A DNA stretch of 64,000 bases from Candidatus Woesearchaeota archaeon CG10_big_fil_rev_8_21_14_0_10_37_12 (GCA_002762795.1 PCYA01000012.1:54066-118065), one strand, 5' to 3'. Shown: positions 16,215-26,674, numbered from the stretch's first letter. Translations and numbers: made by a program. Notes: a model not told the origin generated them from the letters alone.

Positions 16215-17246
16215 ATGGCCAAAACATATAAAGAAGATACGGAAATATTAGAGATAGAAACCCCAGAAGGATTAGTACAAATAGAGAAAAAAATGGAAGA
16301 AAAGAAAGTACAAAGCTTAAACGACTTGCCGGGCGTAGGACCAGCAACAATAGAAAAACTAGCAAGCGCAGGATTCAACGACCTACTAAGTATTGCAGTA
16401 GCAACACCAGGAGAACTCGTAGGCGCAGCAGAAATGAGCGAAGTAACTGCAAAAAAAGTAATTGCAATAGCACGAGCAAACCTCGAAATGGAATTCACAT
16501 CAGGAACAGACATGATGAGACGAAGAGAAAAAATGATCAAAATAACAACAGGAAGCAAAGAATTTGACAAACTCCTTGGTGGAGGAGTAGAAACAGGAGC
16601 AATCACAGAATGCTACGGACAATACGGGAGCGGAAAAAGCCAGCTTGCACACACATTAGCTGTTACTACGCAACTTCCACGAGAAAAAGGTGGAGCAGAA
16701 GCAACAGCAGTTTACATAGACACAGAAGGAACATTCAGACCCGAAAGAATCGTAGAAATTGCAAAAGAACATGGATTAGACCCTGAAACAGCACTTGCAA
16801 ACATCAAAATTGCACGCGCATTTAACTCTGATCACCAAATGTTGCTTGCAGAAAAAATCGATGACTTAGTACAACGAGGAACAAATGTAAAACTTGTCGT
16901 AATAGACAGTTTAACATCTCATTTCCGCGCTGAATTTATCGGACGAGGAACACTTGCAGACAGACAACAACGAATTAACAAACACTTACACGCGCTAATC
17001 AGGGTAGCTGAAAAACACAACGTGGCAGTGTACGTAACAAACCAAGTCATGTCAAAACCAGACCAATTCTTTGGAGACCCAACAGAAGCAATTGGCGGGC
17101 ACGTTGTAGCGCACGCAAGCACATACAGAATATATTTACGCAGAGGCAAAAAAGGAACAAGAGTAGCAAAAATGATAGACGCGCCAAGCCTGCCAGAAAG
17201 CGAAATAGTATTCGTACTTGCAGAAGGCGGAATTAAAGACGCTTAA
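16215..17246 (+). CDS. radA: DNA repair and recombination protein RadA
   Basis: HhH motif ([18 protein letters not shown]), Walker A ([10 protein letters not shown]) and Walker B (LVVIDSL). GGAGGTGA lies 6 nt upstream of the ATG at 16215. Confidence 0.92.
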   Translation: MAKTYKEDTEILEIETPEGLVQIEKKMEEKKVQSLNDLPGVGPATIEKLASAGFNDLLSIAVATPGELVGAAEMSEVTAKKVIAIARANLEMEFTSGTDMMRRREKMIKITTGSKEFDKLLGGGVETGAITECYGQYGSGKSQLAHTLAVTTQLPREKGGAEATAVYIDTEGTFRPERIVEIAKEHGLDPETALANIKIARAFNSDHQMLLAEKIDDLVQRGTNVKLVVIDSLTSHFRAEFIGRGTLADRQQRINKHLHALIRVAEKHNVAVYVTNQVMSKPDQFFGDPTEAIGGHVVAHASTYRIYLRRGKKGTRVAKMIDAPSLPESEIVFVLAEGGIKDA

Positions 17247-17288
17247 TTTTTTTTTATGATATTTTACAAAGATTGCTTTTTTTTTTTT
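17247..17288 (+). terminator. two oligo-T tracts downstream of radA
   Basis: T9 at 17247-17255 and T12 at 17277-17288. Oligo-T is the known archaeal termination signal. Confidence 0.5.
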
Positions 17289-17334
17289 AATAGCTAGAAA
17301 TAATTATAAGTTACCTGAGCCCAGAGCTTTCAAA

Positions 17335-17727
17335 ATGGACAAAGTTGTAAATAAAAAACCAGTAGATGTGATATACATAGAAGTACCAAGCCCCCAACAA
17401 TCAAAAGAAGCATTTATACAATTGGAATCAAAGTTACCAAGTCTTAAAGGAAGAAAATTTTATGGCATTGCTTTTTCTGACAAATACTTTGTTGCAGTAG
17501 AAATACACGATGAACAAGAACCAAAAAAATATGGTTTGCCAACATACATCATTCCAGGAGGAAAATACGCGAAAACAGAAGTAAAAGATTATATGCAAAA
17601 TCTTCACAAAATACCAACAACATTCGAAAAACTTGAAAAGGAATATCCGCGAGATGAAACAAGACCGGCAATTGAATTTTATGAAAGAGGAGACAAACTG
17701 ATTTGTTTATTGCCTCTTAAAAGTTAA
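17335..17727 (+). CDS. hypothetical protein, possibly a GyrI-like small-molecule-binding domain
   Basis: 130-aa ORF with IIPGGKYAKTEVKDY...PAIEFYE, resembling the C-terminal half of GyrI-like domains. Confidence 0.4.
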   Translation: MDKVVNKKPVDVIYIEVPSPQQSKEAFIQLESKLPSLKGRKFYGIAFSDKYFVAVEIHDEQEPKKYGLPTYIIPGGKYAKTEVKDYMQNLHKIPTTFEKLEKEYPRDETRPAIEFYERGDKLICLLPLKS

Positions 17728-17738
17728 CGGACTGAATT

Positions 17739-18200
17739 CTAATCAAAAGCATACTCTTCAAACTTATAACACTTAAGATTGATCACGCTTTGCCAATCTG
17801 CAATCAAGTCCTTGAATTTATGTCGAATTGTTAAATATGTTTTTTCTAATTCTTGAGTGTTTTTTGCAATAATCACACAAGTAAAATCAAAATGACCAAG
17901 CGTTGTTAATAAGGACGTAACATTAGGATGCTCTTTAAGATATGAAAGAAACTCATTTAACTCTTTTTCACTAACATTTTGAAGCTTTATCTGAACATTT
18001 GCAACAAGGTCATAGCCTGCTTTTTTTGGATCAATAAAAACGCTAAACCTTCCAATCGTTCCATTTTCATACAATTTCTTAATGCGCTTATTTGTAGAAT
18101 CTATGGAGAGGCTCACTATTTTTGCAAGAGTTGTTAATGAGGCTCTGCCATCCATTTGAAGTTTTCGCAGAAGCTTCTTGTCTTTATCATCGAGTCCCAT
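17739..18200 (-). CDS. Lrp/AsnC-family transcriptional regulator
   Basis: DKDKKLLRKLQMDGRASLTTLAKIVSLSIDSTNKRIKKLYENG HTH plus an RAM-like C-terminal domain. Confidence 0.8.
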   Translation of the reverse strand: MGLDDKDKKLLRKLQMDGRASLTTLAKIVSLSIDSTNKRIKKLYENGTIGRFSVFIDPKKAGYDLVANVQIKLQNVSEKELNEFLSYLKEHPNVTSLLTTLGHFDFTCVIIAKNTQELEKTYLTIRHKFKDLIADWQSVINLKCYKFEEYAFD

Positions 18201-18263
18201 AAGTCTTAAATCTTAAGATGTATATATAAAGTTTTCTTAAAAAATTAAGTTTTTTTGGCATAA

Positions 18264-18857
18264 ATGCTTATTAATTACCATTTACATTTTTTTCTTATGA
18301 ATAGAGCACTAATTCTATTGATATTGGCCAGTATATTTGGCAATGCAGCAGGAGCGCTTTACACGCCAATTCATGCAGCATTTGTTGATAAAGTTGGAGG
18401 CAGCCTAGTTGATGCCGGCTTGACGAGTAGCGTCTATTTTATGACAGTTGGATTTTTAATATTCGTATTTGGAAAATTAGCTGATAAATTCGGAAAATAC
18501 AAACTCTTAATTACAGGGTTCATACTTCTAACTGTTGGAGATGTTTATTTTATTTTCATACAAAACACAACAATGCTAATAGTTGGGCAAATAATTTTAG
18601 GCACTGGTCTTGCAATGACAAATCCCTCATGGAACGGGCTATTCTCGTTGCTTCTTGAAAGCGGAAAAGAATCAACGTGGTGGGGAACGTGGGAGTTATG
18701 CATAAGCTTAAGTATCGCGATCGCGGCGTTATTTGGAGGTTTAATCGCAACAAATCTTGGATTTGCTGCGGTTTTCATCGGAAAAGCAATCCTTCACACG
18801 GGATCAACAATTGCAGCATTTGCTTTGGGAAGTGAAACATGCAACAAAAAATACTAA
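18264..18857 (+). CDS. MFS-like membrane protein, half-size (about 6 TM); start uncertain (ATG at 18297 is an alternative)
   Basis: Hydrophobic profile with a GKLADKFGKYK loop typical of MFS TM2-3. Only ~190 aa. Confidence 0.45.
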   Translation: MLINYHLHFFLMNRALILLILASIFGNAAGALYTPIHAAFVDKVGGSLVDAGLTSSVYFMTVGFLIFVFGKLADKFGKYKLLITGFILLTVGDVYFIFIQNTTMLIVGQIILGTGLAMTNPSWNGLFSLLLESGKESTWWGTWELCISLSIAIAALFGGLIATNLGFAAVFIGKAILHTGSTIAAFALGSETCNKKY

Positions 18858-19744
18858 ATCATTATTTACAAACTGGAATATTTACCAACGCAGGATGTTA
18901 TGCCAACTATTTCAAAACACTTCCTGATGATATCAAACAAACAGGACTGCTCATTAGAAAACAACTTATTCATCGAACAACACTCAAAGCAGGGAATGTT
19001 GGAACTAACAAAGACTTACGATTTGGGGACATGAAACGCGTTCCCTGGTGGAGATTGCGCTGTGAAGATGATATCTTGCCAACAGCAGCGTCAATGCTAG
19101 CAGAGCTTTTCAGAAGAGACCCAAAAGGGATCCATTCTGCACGAAAAGCAGAACACAAATTAGTGGTAACGTGCAGATACACAACAATTCTTGTTGCAGC
19201 AATCTTAAAATCAAAAGGCATTCCATGCCGAGCAAGATCGGGATTTGCATCATACTTTTTAATCGGAGATGGAAGAAGTTGGGACCATTGGATTAATGAA
19301 TATTGGAACGTAAAAGAAAAACGATGGGTAGCAATAGATATTGATGGCTGTATGAGCATGCAAGAAAAATACAACCCTTTTGACTTACCACAAAACAGTT
19401 TTGATTACGCAGCACCAACATGGCTTGCGATACGAAACAAAAAAACAGATGAAAAACAATTTGTTAATGCAAGCGGACATGCAGGCTGGAGACCAGTCAT
19501 GTGGGCAGTATTCTACGACTTTCATTGTCTAATGAACAATGAACTTATTTACAATCAATGTCCAGCATATGTTAGCGGATTTGATACAAAAATACCAGAA
19601 AAAGAACTCAAAGAAATAGATGAACTAGCGAAGCTTATGCTAAATCCAGATGAAAACTTTGACAAACTTAAACATATCTGGGAAACAAAGAAAAAATACA
19701 GAAAACTTGTAAGCCCGTTAGTAAGTGCAAAGGATTGGAAATAA
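18839..19744 (+). CDS. transglutaminase-like cysteine peptidase superfamily protein
   Basis: Contains a VVTCRYTT (Cys) ... WDHWINEYW (His) ... WVAIDID (Asp) arrangement. Confidence 0.6.
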   Translation: MQQKILNHYLQTGIFTNAGCYANYFKTLPDDIKQTGLLIRKQLIHRTTLKAGNVGTNKDLRFGDMKRVPWWRLRCEDDILPTAASMLAELFRRDPKGIHSARKAEHKLVVTCRYTTILVAAILKSKGIPCRARSGFASYFLIGDGRSWDHWINEYWNVKEKRWVAIDIDGCMSMQEKYNPFDLPQNSFDYAAPTWLAIRNKKTDEKQFVNASGHAGWRPVMWAVFYDFHCLMNNELIYNQCPAYVSGFDTKIPEKELKEIDELAKLMLNPDENFDKLKHIWETKKKYRKLVSPLVSAKDWK

Positions 19745-19787
19745 AAACCCTTAACTTTTATAAAGATCATATTTAATCTCACACTTC

Positions 19788-20912
19788 ATGCCATATCATC
19801 ATAACCCATTCCATTTTGTATTCAACAAAGAACTGGATGAACTTTATCTCAGCCTTGCAATACGAAACCTTGCATTATCAATGATAGGAATATTTGTTCC
19901 AATATACTTGCTAAACCTAAATTATTCTTTATCATCAATACTCTTTTTTTATGCAATAGTTTACGGAGTGCACACGATCATAACACCAGTCACAGGAAAG
20001 TTCGTCTCAAAATACGGATTCAAACATAGCATGTTAGTAAGCATACCATTACTCATAACATTTTTCTTACTGCTCAACACCCTCGAAAATCAACAATGGC
20101 CACTCTGGCTTCTCGGAATATTCTTAGGAACACAACTTGCATTCTTCTGGACAGGCTACCACGTAGATTTTTCAATAAACAGCAGTAAGAAAAAAAGAGG
20201 AACACAAATAAGCATGGCAACATTATCGTCAGCAATCGCCAAAGCAGCAGGACCATTATTAGGAGGACTGCTCATCGCCTTTGTCAGCTTTCATTTTGTA
20301 TTCATTCTCGTCATATTCTTGCTAGCAATAACAACACTGCCGTTATTTTTTACAAAAGATGAACACAAACCAATAAAGTTTTCATTCAAACAATTACTCA
20401 AAATACAAAAACCAACCGAAACACTCAGCATATTCTCCTTCGGAGCAGACAATGCAATGAACGGAATAGTTTGGCCCATTTTCATTTACATGACAATACT
20501 TAACAGTTATGTCGCCTTGGGATTCACATCATCACTTGCACTCCTGTTCTCACTAGGATTCATACTTATTTCAGGCAAATTTGCAAACAAAAAACCAAAA
20601 AAAACACTCAAACTAGGAAGCATATTCTCATCGATCATATGGATCGTCAGAAGTTTTGTCATAACACCCTTTCAAGTATACGTTATCGATGCAATCGCAG
20701 GATCAGCACGAGAACTCATGAACGTATCATTTGACGTCAGAACATACGAAAACGCAAACAAAACAGACATAGTAGGGTTTGTGATATACAGAGAAATTTT
20801 ACTCAGCGCATCACGAACACTATTGTTCATCTCATTAGGATTATTTACTGCACTCGCAACAAAGTTTTTCTACATTGGCGCAATATTATCTCTCATGCAA
20901 TTACTGATTTGA
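19788..20912 (+). CDS. MFS-type transporter
   Basis: 374 aa with about 10-12 TM segments and a GKFVSKYGFKH loop. Confidence 0.55.
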   Translation: MPYHHNPFHFVFNKELDELYLSLAIRNLALSMIGIFVPIYLLNLNYSLSSILFFYAIVYGVHTIITPVTGKFVSKYGFKHSMLVSIPLLITFFLLLNTLENQQWPLWLLGIFLGTQLAFFWTGYHVDFSINSSKKKRGTQISMATLSSAIAKAAGPLLGGLLIAFVSFHFVFILVIFLLAITTLPLFFTKDEHKPIKFSFKQLLKIQKPTETLSIFSFGADNAMNGIVWPIFIYMTILNSYVALGFTSSLALLFSLGFILISGKFANKKPKKTLKLGSIFSSIIWIVRSFVITPFQVYVIDAIAGSARELMNVSFDVRTYENANKTDIVGFVIYREILLSASRTLLFISLGLFTALATKFFYIGAILSLMQLLI

Positions 20913-21983
20913 TCAAGTTAATTCAACAAATTTTCCATTTCTTACAGTTTTCATAATATACTCCTTCCCAACATCCCAAGTTTCCTTGTTAAACGTCATT
21001 GTTCCAGAAGCACCTTCATACTCTTTTAACTGTTGGATTTTTTCTGAAGCGCACTCGCTACTGAAGTTTTTGCACTGTTCGAAGACATAATCCAGAATAT
21101 TCAATGCATCATACGCACCTGCAGCAGCATTCACTGGCAAATCACCATATTGTTCAACATATGTTTCTTTGAATTTATCAGCTATTGTTACTCTCGGAAA
21201 CGAATACAGAAAACCTTCTGCATTTTCTTTTGCAATACGTAGCATTTCAGGATTTTCTGCACCACTTTGGCCTAATACAGTTACATTTATGTTCAATTCA
21301 GCTAACTGATTCAAAATTTCACCAGGATTACTATATGCGATAAACAAAACATCAGCTTCCTTTGTCTTTAGTAAGGAACTTCTAAAATCAAGATCGCTAT
21401 CGGTAAACGCTTCACTTACTAACAATTTGCCACCTTTTTCTTCAAAATACTTTTTGAATGCATCTCTATGGAACACTCCGAAAAAATTATCATGATACAA
21501 AATTGCAGCAGTACTCGCATTTAACTCTTCAATTGCAAACTCTGCAAGAAGTTTATCTTCACTCTCAACAAGACCAAGCATATTAAAAAAATACGTGCTC
21601 AACAAACCAAAATTAACATTCGGACTTACACCAACTAATTTATTTTCATCACTAAACTTTGACGCAACTTGTATAGGCGAACCACAAAATGGGCCAATAT
21701 ACGCCACAATATTATCAAAATTCTTTAATTTATTCAAACTACTAATTGTCTTTTCACCCTTACACTGCGTATCTTCATAAATAAGCTCAACAAACTGTCT
21801 GTTAATTCCGTCTTGACTGTTAACATCAAATTTTGCTAACTCCAAAGCATTTTGAATTCGCTCTCCAAAATCAGCAAACGGACCAGAAAGAGGAATAACA
21901 ACACCAATTTTCACTGTCTCTGTTTTCTCTGCACAAGCTGTAAATAACAGCGCTATTGCTATTATAGTCATTATCTTATTCAT
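20913..21983 (-). CDS. ABC substrate-binding lipoprotein, LivK/PBP1-like (paralog 1)
   Basis: Lipobox LLFTAC. VKIGVVIPLSGPFADFG and YIGPFCG blocks are typical of branched-chain amino-acid binding proteins. Confidence 0.75.
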   Translation of the reverse strand: MNKIMTIIAIALLFTACAEKTETVKIGVVIPLSGPFADFGERIQNALELAKFDVNSQDGINRQFVELIYEDTQCKGEKTISSLNKLKNFDNIVAYIGPFCGSPIQVASKFSDENKLVGVSPNVNFGLLSTYFFNMLGLVESEDKLLAEFAIEELNASTAAILYHDNFFGVFHRDAFKKYFEEKGGKLLVSEAFTDSDLDFRSSLLKTKEADVLFIAYSNPGEILNQLAELNINVTVLGQSGAENPEMLRIAKENAEGFLYSFPRVTIADKFKETYVEQYGDLPVNAAAGAYDALNILDYVFEQCKNFSSECASEKIQQLKEYEGASGTMTFNKETWDVGKEYIMKTVRNGKFVELT

Positions 21984-22001
21984 TTTACCACCCCATGAAA
22001 C

Positions 22002-22021
22002 TTATATTCTCAAGAATATAA
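22002..22021. promoter_or_regulatory. perfect 9+2+9 palindrome in the divergent SBP/TrmB intergenic region (candidate operator overlapping TATA-like sequence)
   Basis: TTATATTCT-CA-AGAATATAA. Confidence 0.4.
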
Positions 22022-22061
22022 TAGGAAAATATAAATATTCATCCTCCAGCACTGTAGGAGT

Positions 22062-22775
22062 ATGAATGCAAAAATACTGGAAGATCTTGGATTAACACCA
22101 GGCGAAGTAAAAGTATATCTGGCTTTATTGGAACTCGGGCCAAGTAGCGCAGGGGATATTATAGATAAATCTCATTTACAGAACTCAGTTGTGCACTTTT
22201 GTCTCAACAAATTACGTGAACTTGGGTTAGTGAGCTATATTAAAAAAGGGAAAAACAGAGTGTATCAATCAGCAAACCCAGAAAATTTATTGATTATGCT
22301 TGAAGACAAGAAAAAATCACTCAAACAAATTATGCCTGAGCTCAAAACAAAACAAACACTTGCAAAACAAAAACAAAGCGTAGAACTCTTTGAGGGAGTA
22401 AAAGGAATAACAAACATGCTCAACCAGCTCATCGTAGATGGCAGAAAAGGAGACGAATTTCTCTTCTTTTCAACAGATGTAGCAGAACATAACGAAGAAA
22501 TACAACAATACTACGAACGATACGATGCAAAAAGATCAGCTAAAAAACTTGTTGTAAAAGGCATTGCAAGGGATTACATGAAACAATTTTATGTGCATAG
22601 AAAGACCATCACTATGAAGTATGTTGACAGCCCGATACCGGCCAATGTTGCGTTATTTAAAGACAAAATCGCATTAATGACTTGGGGAGAATACCCACAA
22701 GGAATATTAATTAAGTCAAAACAACTCGCAGAAAAACAAAAAGCTTTTTTTAATGAAGTATGGAAGAAAAATTAA
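22062..22775 (+). CDS. TrmB-family transcriptional regulator
   Basis: LGLTPGEVKVYLALLELGPSSAGDII wHTH. Confidence 0.75.
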   Translation: MNAKILEDLGLTPGEVKVYLALLELGPSSAGDIIDKSHLQNSVVHFCLNKLRELGLVSYIKKGKNRVYQSANPENLLIMLEDKKKSLKQIMPELKTKQTLAKQKQSVELFEGVKGITNMLNQLIVDGRKGDEFLFFSTDVAEHNEEIQQYYERYDAKRSAKKLVVKGIARDYMKQFYVHRKTITMKYVDSPIPANVALFKDKIALMTWGEYPQGILIKSKQLAEKQKAFFNEVWKKN

Positions 22776-23506
22776 GCCTTTGCAACTTTATCCCACAAAT
22801 ATTGATGATATTTTCTGTAACTATCAGCAAGCTCTTTACTCTCAATGACAAAAGCAAAAAATTCTTCTGTGAATAATAAATTTGCAACTTTATCACCATA
22901 AATAAAAATAACATTTGGACTTCCGTTGAACTCTTTTGGCAGAAATTTAATCGTTTCATATTTCATCGCTTTTGTTTTACCGCGCAAATCATCTCTTATT
23001 AAGTTTAACCAACGAACTCGTTTTTCAATTCTTCTTCTGTTAAAACTTGCAAAATAATGCGGCATCTTAATCGGAACATATCTGCCAGAACCAATAAATC
23101 TATTTTCTTTGTAATTTAACATATCGTCCCAAACAGCCTTAATACCTTCTTTTCCCCTATAAATTTCAGCATTAATATTCAGTTTATTGAAATCAAACTG
23201 CTTTATGATATTTGGCAGTTCTTTTTCAACATCTTTTTTTATCCGCTCAACATTTTGCGCTTTTTCATCAAGATAACCAAAAAGCTTAGAAGGATGTGCA
23301 AGCTTGAAAAAACGCTTCTTGTTTTCTTTAACGTATGTTATTACTCCTTTTTCTATCAATTTATTTAAAATATCATAAATGTTCCTTCGTTCAATGCCTA
23401 CTTTCTCATGAATCTTGTTAACAGGAGCTCTTCCAAGGTCTAACAAAGCAAGATAAACTTTGATTTCACCTTCTGACAAGCCGATTTTTCTTAAAAGATC
23501 CTTCAT
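22772..23506 (-). CDS. TrmB-family transcriptional regulator
   Basis: IGLSEGEIKVYLALLDLGRAPVNKIHE wHTH. Start chosen at the internal ATG at 23506. There is a 4-nt convergent overlap with the previous gene. Confidence 0.75.
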   Translation of the reverse strand: MKDLLRKIGLSEGEIKVYLALLDLGRAPVNKIHEKVGIERRNIYDILNKLIEKGVITYVKENKKRFFKLAHPSKLFGYLDEKAQNVERIKKDVEKELPNIIKQFDFNKLNINAEIYRGKEGIKAVWDDMLNYKENRFIGSGRYVPIKMPHYFASFNRRRIEKRVRWLNLIRDDLRGKTKAMKYETIKFLPKEFNGSPNVIFIYGDKVANLLFTEEFFAFVIESKELADSYRKYHQYLWDKVAKA

Positions 23507-23544
23507 AGCAAAAGTGTTTCTTTTTAACATTTATAAATTTAATG

Positions 23545-23559
23545 GTATTGTAACAATAC
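23545..23559. promoter_or_regulatory. 7+1+7 palindrome between the TrmB gene and the SBP gene, flanked by two TATA-like boxes
   Basis: GTATTGT-A-ACAATAC. TATA-like TTTATAAATTT (23530-23540) and TTATAAAAAA (23569-23578) flank it. Confidence 0.4.
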
Positions 23560-23597
23560 TACAAAATGTTATAAAAAATATCTTTGGCTTAACATCT

Positions 23598-24641
23598 ATG
23601 AAATATGGGTTGGTGGTAATTGCACTCTTAGGCATGGTTTTGCTTTCTTGCACACAAAAAGAAGAAATCTCAATAGGAGCAATATTGCCTTTAACGGGAA
23701 ACGTCGCCTACGTAGGAGAAGATGCGCGAAATGGAATGAACTTAGCATTAGAAGAAATAGGAAATCTATTCACCATTATTTATGAAGATAGTGCAGGAGA
23801 AAATCAACAAGCCATAGCAGCCTTTCAAAAAATTACGCAAGCAAACAATGCCAATATTATAGTTACTAGCACAAGTTGGATAAGCAACGCACTTTATACT
23901 GAAGCAAAAGAAACAGAAACATTACAATTAGTTATTGCAAGCGCAGTATTTCATCGCGAACAGAACGATAAAGCAATTAGATTTACTGTTGATGTTCTCA
24001 ATGAAGCAATATTCATTGCAGAATACTTGCAACAATTTGAACGCGTTGGACTCCTTTACATGAACAACGATTTTGGACAAGGATGGGCAGAACAACTCGG
24101 GAATAAATTAACCAATCTTATTGTAAGTGAAGCATATGAACTTACAGAATTAGATGTTTCAACGCAACTCTCAAAAATTAAAGCAGCAAATGTTGATGCT
24201 CTGATGCTTGCAAGCGGTGGCAGAGAAACAGCATTATTTGCAAGAAAAGCAAGAGAAATAGGAATAACTGCACAACTTGTCAGCGCACGACCAGCAGAAT
24301 CAAAAGAATTACAAGATGAACCTGCAACAGAAGGAATAATTTATAGTTATCCTGCATACGATATTGAACATCCTTTTGTTGAGAACTACGTTACTAAGTA
24401 TGGAAAACAACCAACAATATTCTCAGCAGAAGCATACGATTTAATCATAACACTTAATGAAGCCATAAAAGAATGCAAAGAAAACACAAAATGCATACAC
24501 GATTGGTACAAAAATAATTCTTACAAAGGAGCACTCGGCACAGTAACATTTGACTCACTTGGAGATGCCAGCTATTCATTTACACTAAAAGAAGTAAGTA
24601 ATGGTAAATTTGAACTTTATGAGGAAAAAAATGCTAAGTAA
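23598..24641 (+). CDS. ABC substrate-binding lipoprotein, LivK/PBP1-like (paralog 2)
   Basis: Start at MKYGLVVIALLGMVLLSC (lipobox), with TATA ~25 nt upstream. ISIGAILPLTGNVAYVG block present. Confidence 0.75.
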   Translation: MKYGLVVIALLGMVLLSCTQKEEISIGAILPLTGNVAYVGEDARNGMNLALEEIGNLFTIIYEDSAGENQQAIAAFQKITQANNANIIVTSTSWISNALYTEAKETETLQLVIASAVFHREQNDKAIRFTVDVLNEAIFIAEYLQQFERVGLLYMNNDFGQGWAEQLGNKLTNLIVSEAYELTELDVSTQLSKIKAANVDALMLASGGRETALFARKAREIGITAQLVSARPAESKELQDEPATEGIIYSYPAYDIEHPFVENYVTKYGKQPTIFSAEAYDLIITLNEAIKECKENTKCIHDWYKNNSYKGALGTVTFDSLGDASYSFTLKEVSNGKFELYEEKNAK

Positions 24642-25725
24642 ACATCAAACTGTCATCTTCTTAATTTTAAGTCTTCCCATGCTAACAAGCTGCAACTCTG
24701 CAAGCGAAGAAACCTACAAATTCGGCTTTGTTTTACCATTAACAGGAACAAACACCTTCTACGGACAATTCGCAAAAACAGGAGCAGAACTTGCCATTGA
24801 AGATATTAACACAGCAGGAGGAATCAACGGCAAACAAGTAATTGGAATATATGAAGACAGTGGAGGAGACAAAACACGCGCAACAAACTCAGCACAAAAA
24901 CTCGCACAAATAGATGAAGTTAATGGACTATTTACAGTCACAGGACCAATGGGAGGAGCAATATCGCCAATAGGCGAAGAAAACCAAATACCAACAATAT
25001 ACAATGCAGCAACAGACGCATTTGCTGAAAACAAAAAATACGTGTTTAAAGACTATCCAGACTCAACAGACATCTGCCAAACTCTTATGAAACAAGCAAT
25101 CAAAGACGGACATCAAAAAGTAGCATTATTTGGAACAAACGCAGAATTCACACAACTCTGCAATCAAGGAATGGAACGAGAACAACCAGTTACCATCTTC
25201 GAAACATACGAAATTGGAGAAGCAGACTTTAGAACACAATTCACAAAAATCAAAAATTCAGAAACCACAGTTTTAGTTTTGTACATGTTCTCAGAAGACT
25301 GCTTGAACGCATACAAACAAATACGCGAACTTGACATGAATGTTACAATTTATGTCGGATTTCAAAGTTTAACCTGTGGAACACCAGAACACTTGCAAGA
25401 ACACTCAGACTTATTTATTGGCGCATACGGTTCTGACGTTGCTCTTGATGAAACACGAACAGATAAAGAATTCTTATCGTTCAAACAGCGAGTACTTGAG
25501 AAAGGAAGCTCACAAATCAAAGGCAGCGCAATGATGTATGACAGCGTCAGAGAACTAGCTTTTGCATACGAAGGATGTGAAATTGCAGAATGTGCAACGA
25601 ATAATATTCGTGACTTGCAAAACTATCAAGGAATGTCTGGGCTGATAAGTTATGAAGGACAATACGTACAACGAGAAGTGATGCTGCTTAGATTTGAGGA
25701 TGGAACATGGATTTCAGCAGAGTAA
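24631..25725 (+). CDS. ABC substrate-binding lipoprotein, LivK/PBP1-like (paralog 3)
   Basis: GAGG lies 7 nt upstream of the ATG at 24631. Lipobox PMLTSC. YKFGFVLPLTGTNTFYG block present. Confidence 0.75.
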   Translation: MLSKHQTVIFLILSLPMLTSCNSASEETYKFGFVLPLTGTNTFYGQFAKTGAELAIEDINTAGGINGKQVIGIYEDSGGDKTRATNSAQKLAQIDEVNGLFTVTGPMGGAISPIGEENQIPTIYNAATDAFAENKKYVFKDYPDSTDICQTLMKQAIKDGHQKVALFGTNAEFTQLCNQGMEREQPVTIFETYEIGEADFRTQFTKIKNSETTVLVLYMFSEDCLNAYKQIRELDMNVTIYVGFQSLTCGTPEHLQEHSDLFIGAYGSDVALDETRTDKEFLSFKQRVLEKGSSQIKGSAMMYDSVRELAFAYEGCEIAECATNNIRDLQNYQGMSGLISYEGQYVQREVMLLRFEDGTWISAE

Positions 25726-25917
25726 CCTTTCTGACCCTGACTTGTGTTCTTTTTATTCAAGCAGCCATTTCCAAACAGGCTTAATAATGATCTTTTTACC
25801 TTCAACAATCTCTTCACCTTCCTCGTTATATGTTAGAAAAAAACTTCGTTTGATTTGACAAGTTTCTATTTGTAATGGGAATTATTGGCCTAAAATTCCT
25901 ATTCCGAATGGAGATTT

Positions 25918-26325
25918 TTAATGGGAACTTACTTTCAATTCCCTAAAACCAGTTATTTTATCAAATTCTCTGATATACTCAATATTATCAAGTTCGCCAA
26001 TAACAATTTCAGCAGTGCTGTAAATTATACAATTTTCTTTTAAATGACCACCAATAGCAATTCCTTTTTTATTTGCAAGAGTTATATGAATATGATTTCC
26101 ATCTGCTGATAACGTTCCAGAAAGACCAGTAATTTCAAACTTTTCATTAAATGTTTTTGTAACAGACTCATCTGCCAAGCGAATTGTTGCTTGTTTTAAG
26201 CTTCCCACACAAGTTAAAATAACTCCTGCCCTGATTTTTCTTTCTTGTACAAATTTTTCAATTTCAGCTTTCAAATCCTGCTCAGGAACCAATCTTAACG
26301 TATGTATTTCACTTAATTTTGTCAT
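25918..26325 (-). CDS. PPC (DUF296) domain protein
   Basis: ILTCVGSLKQATIRL ... GLSGTLSADGNHIHITLANKKGIAIGGHL matches the PPC/PCC fold pattern. Confidence 0.6.
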   Translation of the reverse strand: MTKLSEIHTLRLVPEQDLKAEIEKFVQERKIRAGVILTCVGSLKQATIRLADESVTKTFNEKFEITGLSGTLSADGNHIHITLANKKGIAIGGHLKENCIIYSTAEIVIGELDNIEYIREFDKITGFRELKVSSH

Positions 26326-26415
26326 ATGCTCATTTCAAATTTATTCTATTTAACCCTTTCTGAACCAAAACTTAATAAAAACACTCAACTAAACAACCAG
26401 TAAAGAGGTGAACAC

Positions 26416-26673
26416 ATGGCAAAACATGCAAAACTTCACGTTATCAGCTTTGGACTTGCACTCGGAATTATCTGCGCAATAGCAATATTCTTAACAGGAA
26501 CACTTGCTGGCATATTCCAAAAAGGATTCCCAATCGTTAACGCAATCGCAGAATGGTACATTGGTTACGCACCAACACTACTTGGAAGCATCATCGGTGC
26601 AATGTATGCATTTGTAGACGGATTTATAGGCGGAACATTATTTGCATGGATTTACAACAAACTGCAAAACTGA
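26416..26673 (+). CDS. small membrane protein (2-3 TM)
   Basis: 85-aa hydrophobic ORF with GAGGTGA upstream. Confidence 0.5.
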   Translation: MAKHAKLHVISFGLALGIICAIAIFLTGTLAGIFQKGFPIVNAIAEWYIGYAPTLLGSIIGAMYAFVDGFIGGTLFAWIYNKLQN

Positions 26674-26674
26674 T

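Noticed and set aside
16196-16606. Long antisense or alternative-frame ORFs inside well-supported genes. Examples are 3371-3775 (minus), 16196-16606 (minus), 28726-29055 (minus), 36281-36709 (minus), 44669-45262 (minus), 52180-52791 (minus), 11884-12345 (plus), 35438-35767 (plus) and 51257-51673 (plus).
   Set aside because: Each lies opposite or out of frame to a gene with clear family motifs. They show Ser/Cys/Leu-rich shadow composition and have no SD or TATA context.
25745-25860. Minus-strand open frame without a start codon (..FFLTYNEEGEEIVEGKKIIIKPVWKWLLE-stop).
   Set aside because: It has only ~39 codons, no ATG/GTG/TTG start with an SD, and is preceded by an in-frame stop. It may be a gene remnant, but it cannot be assigned.
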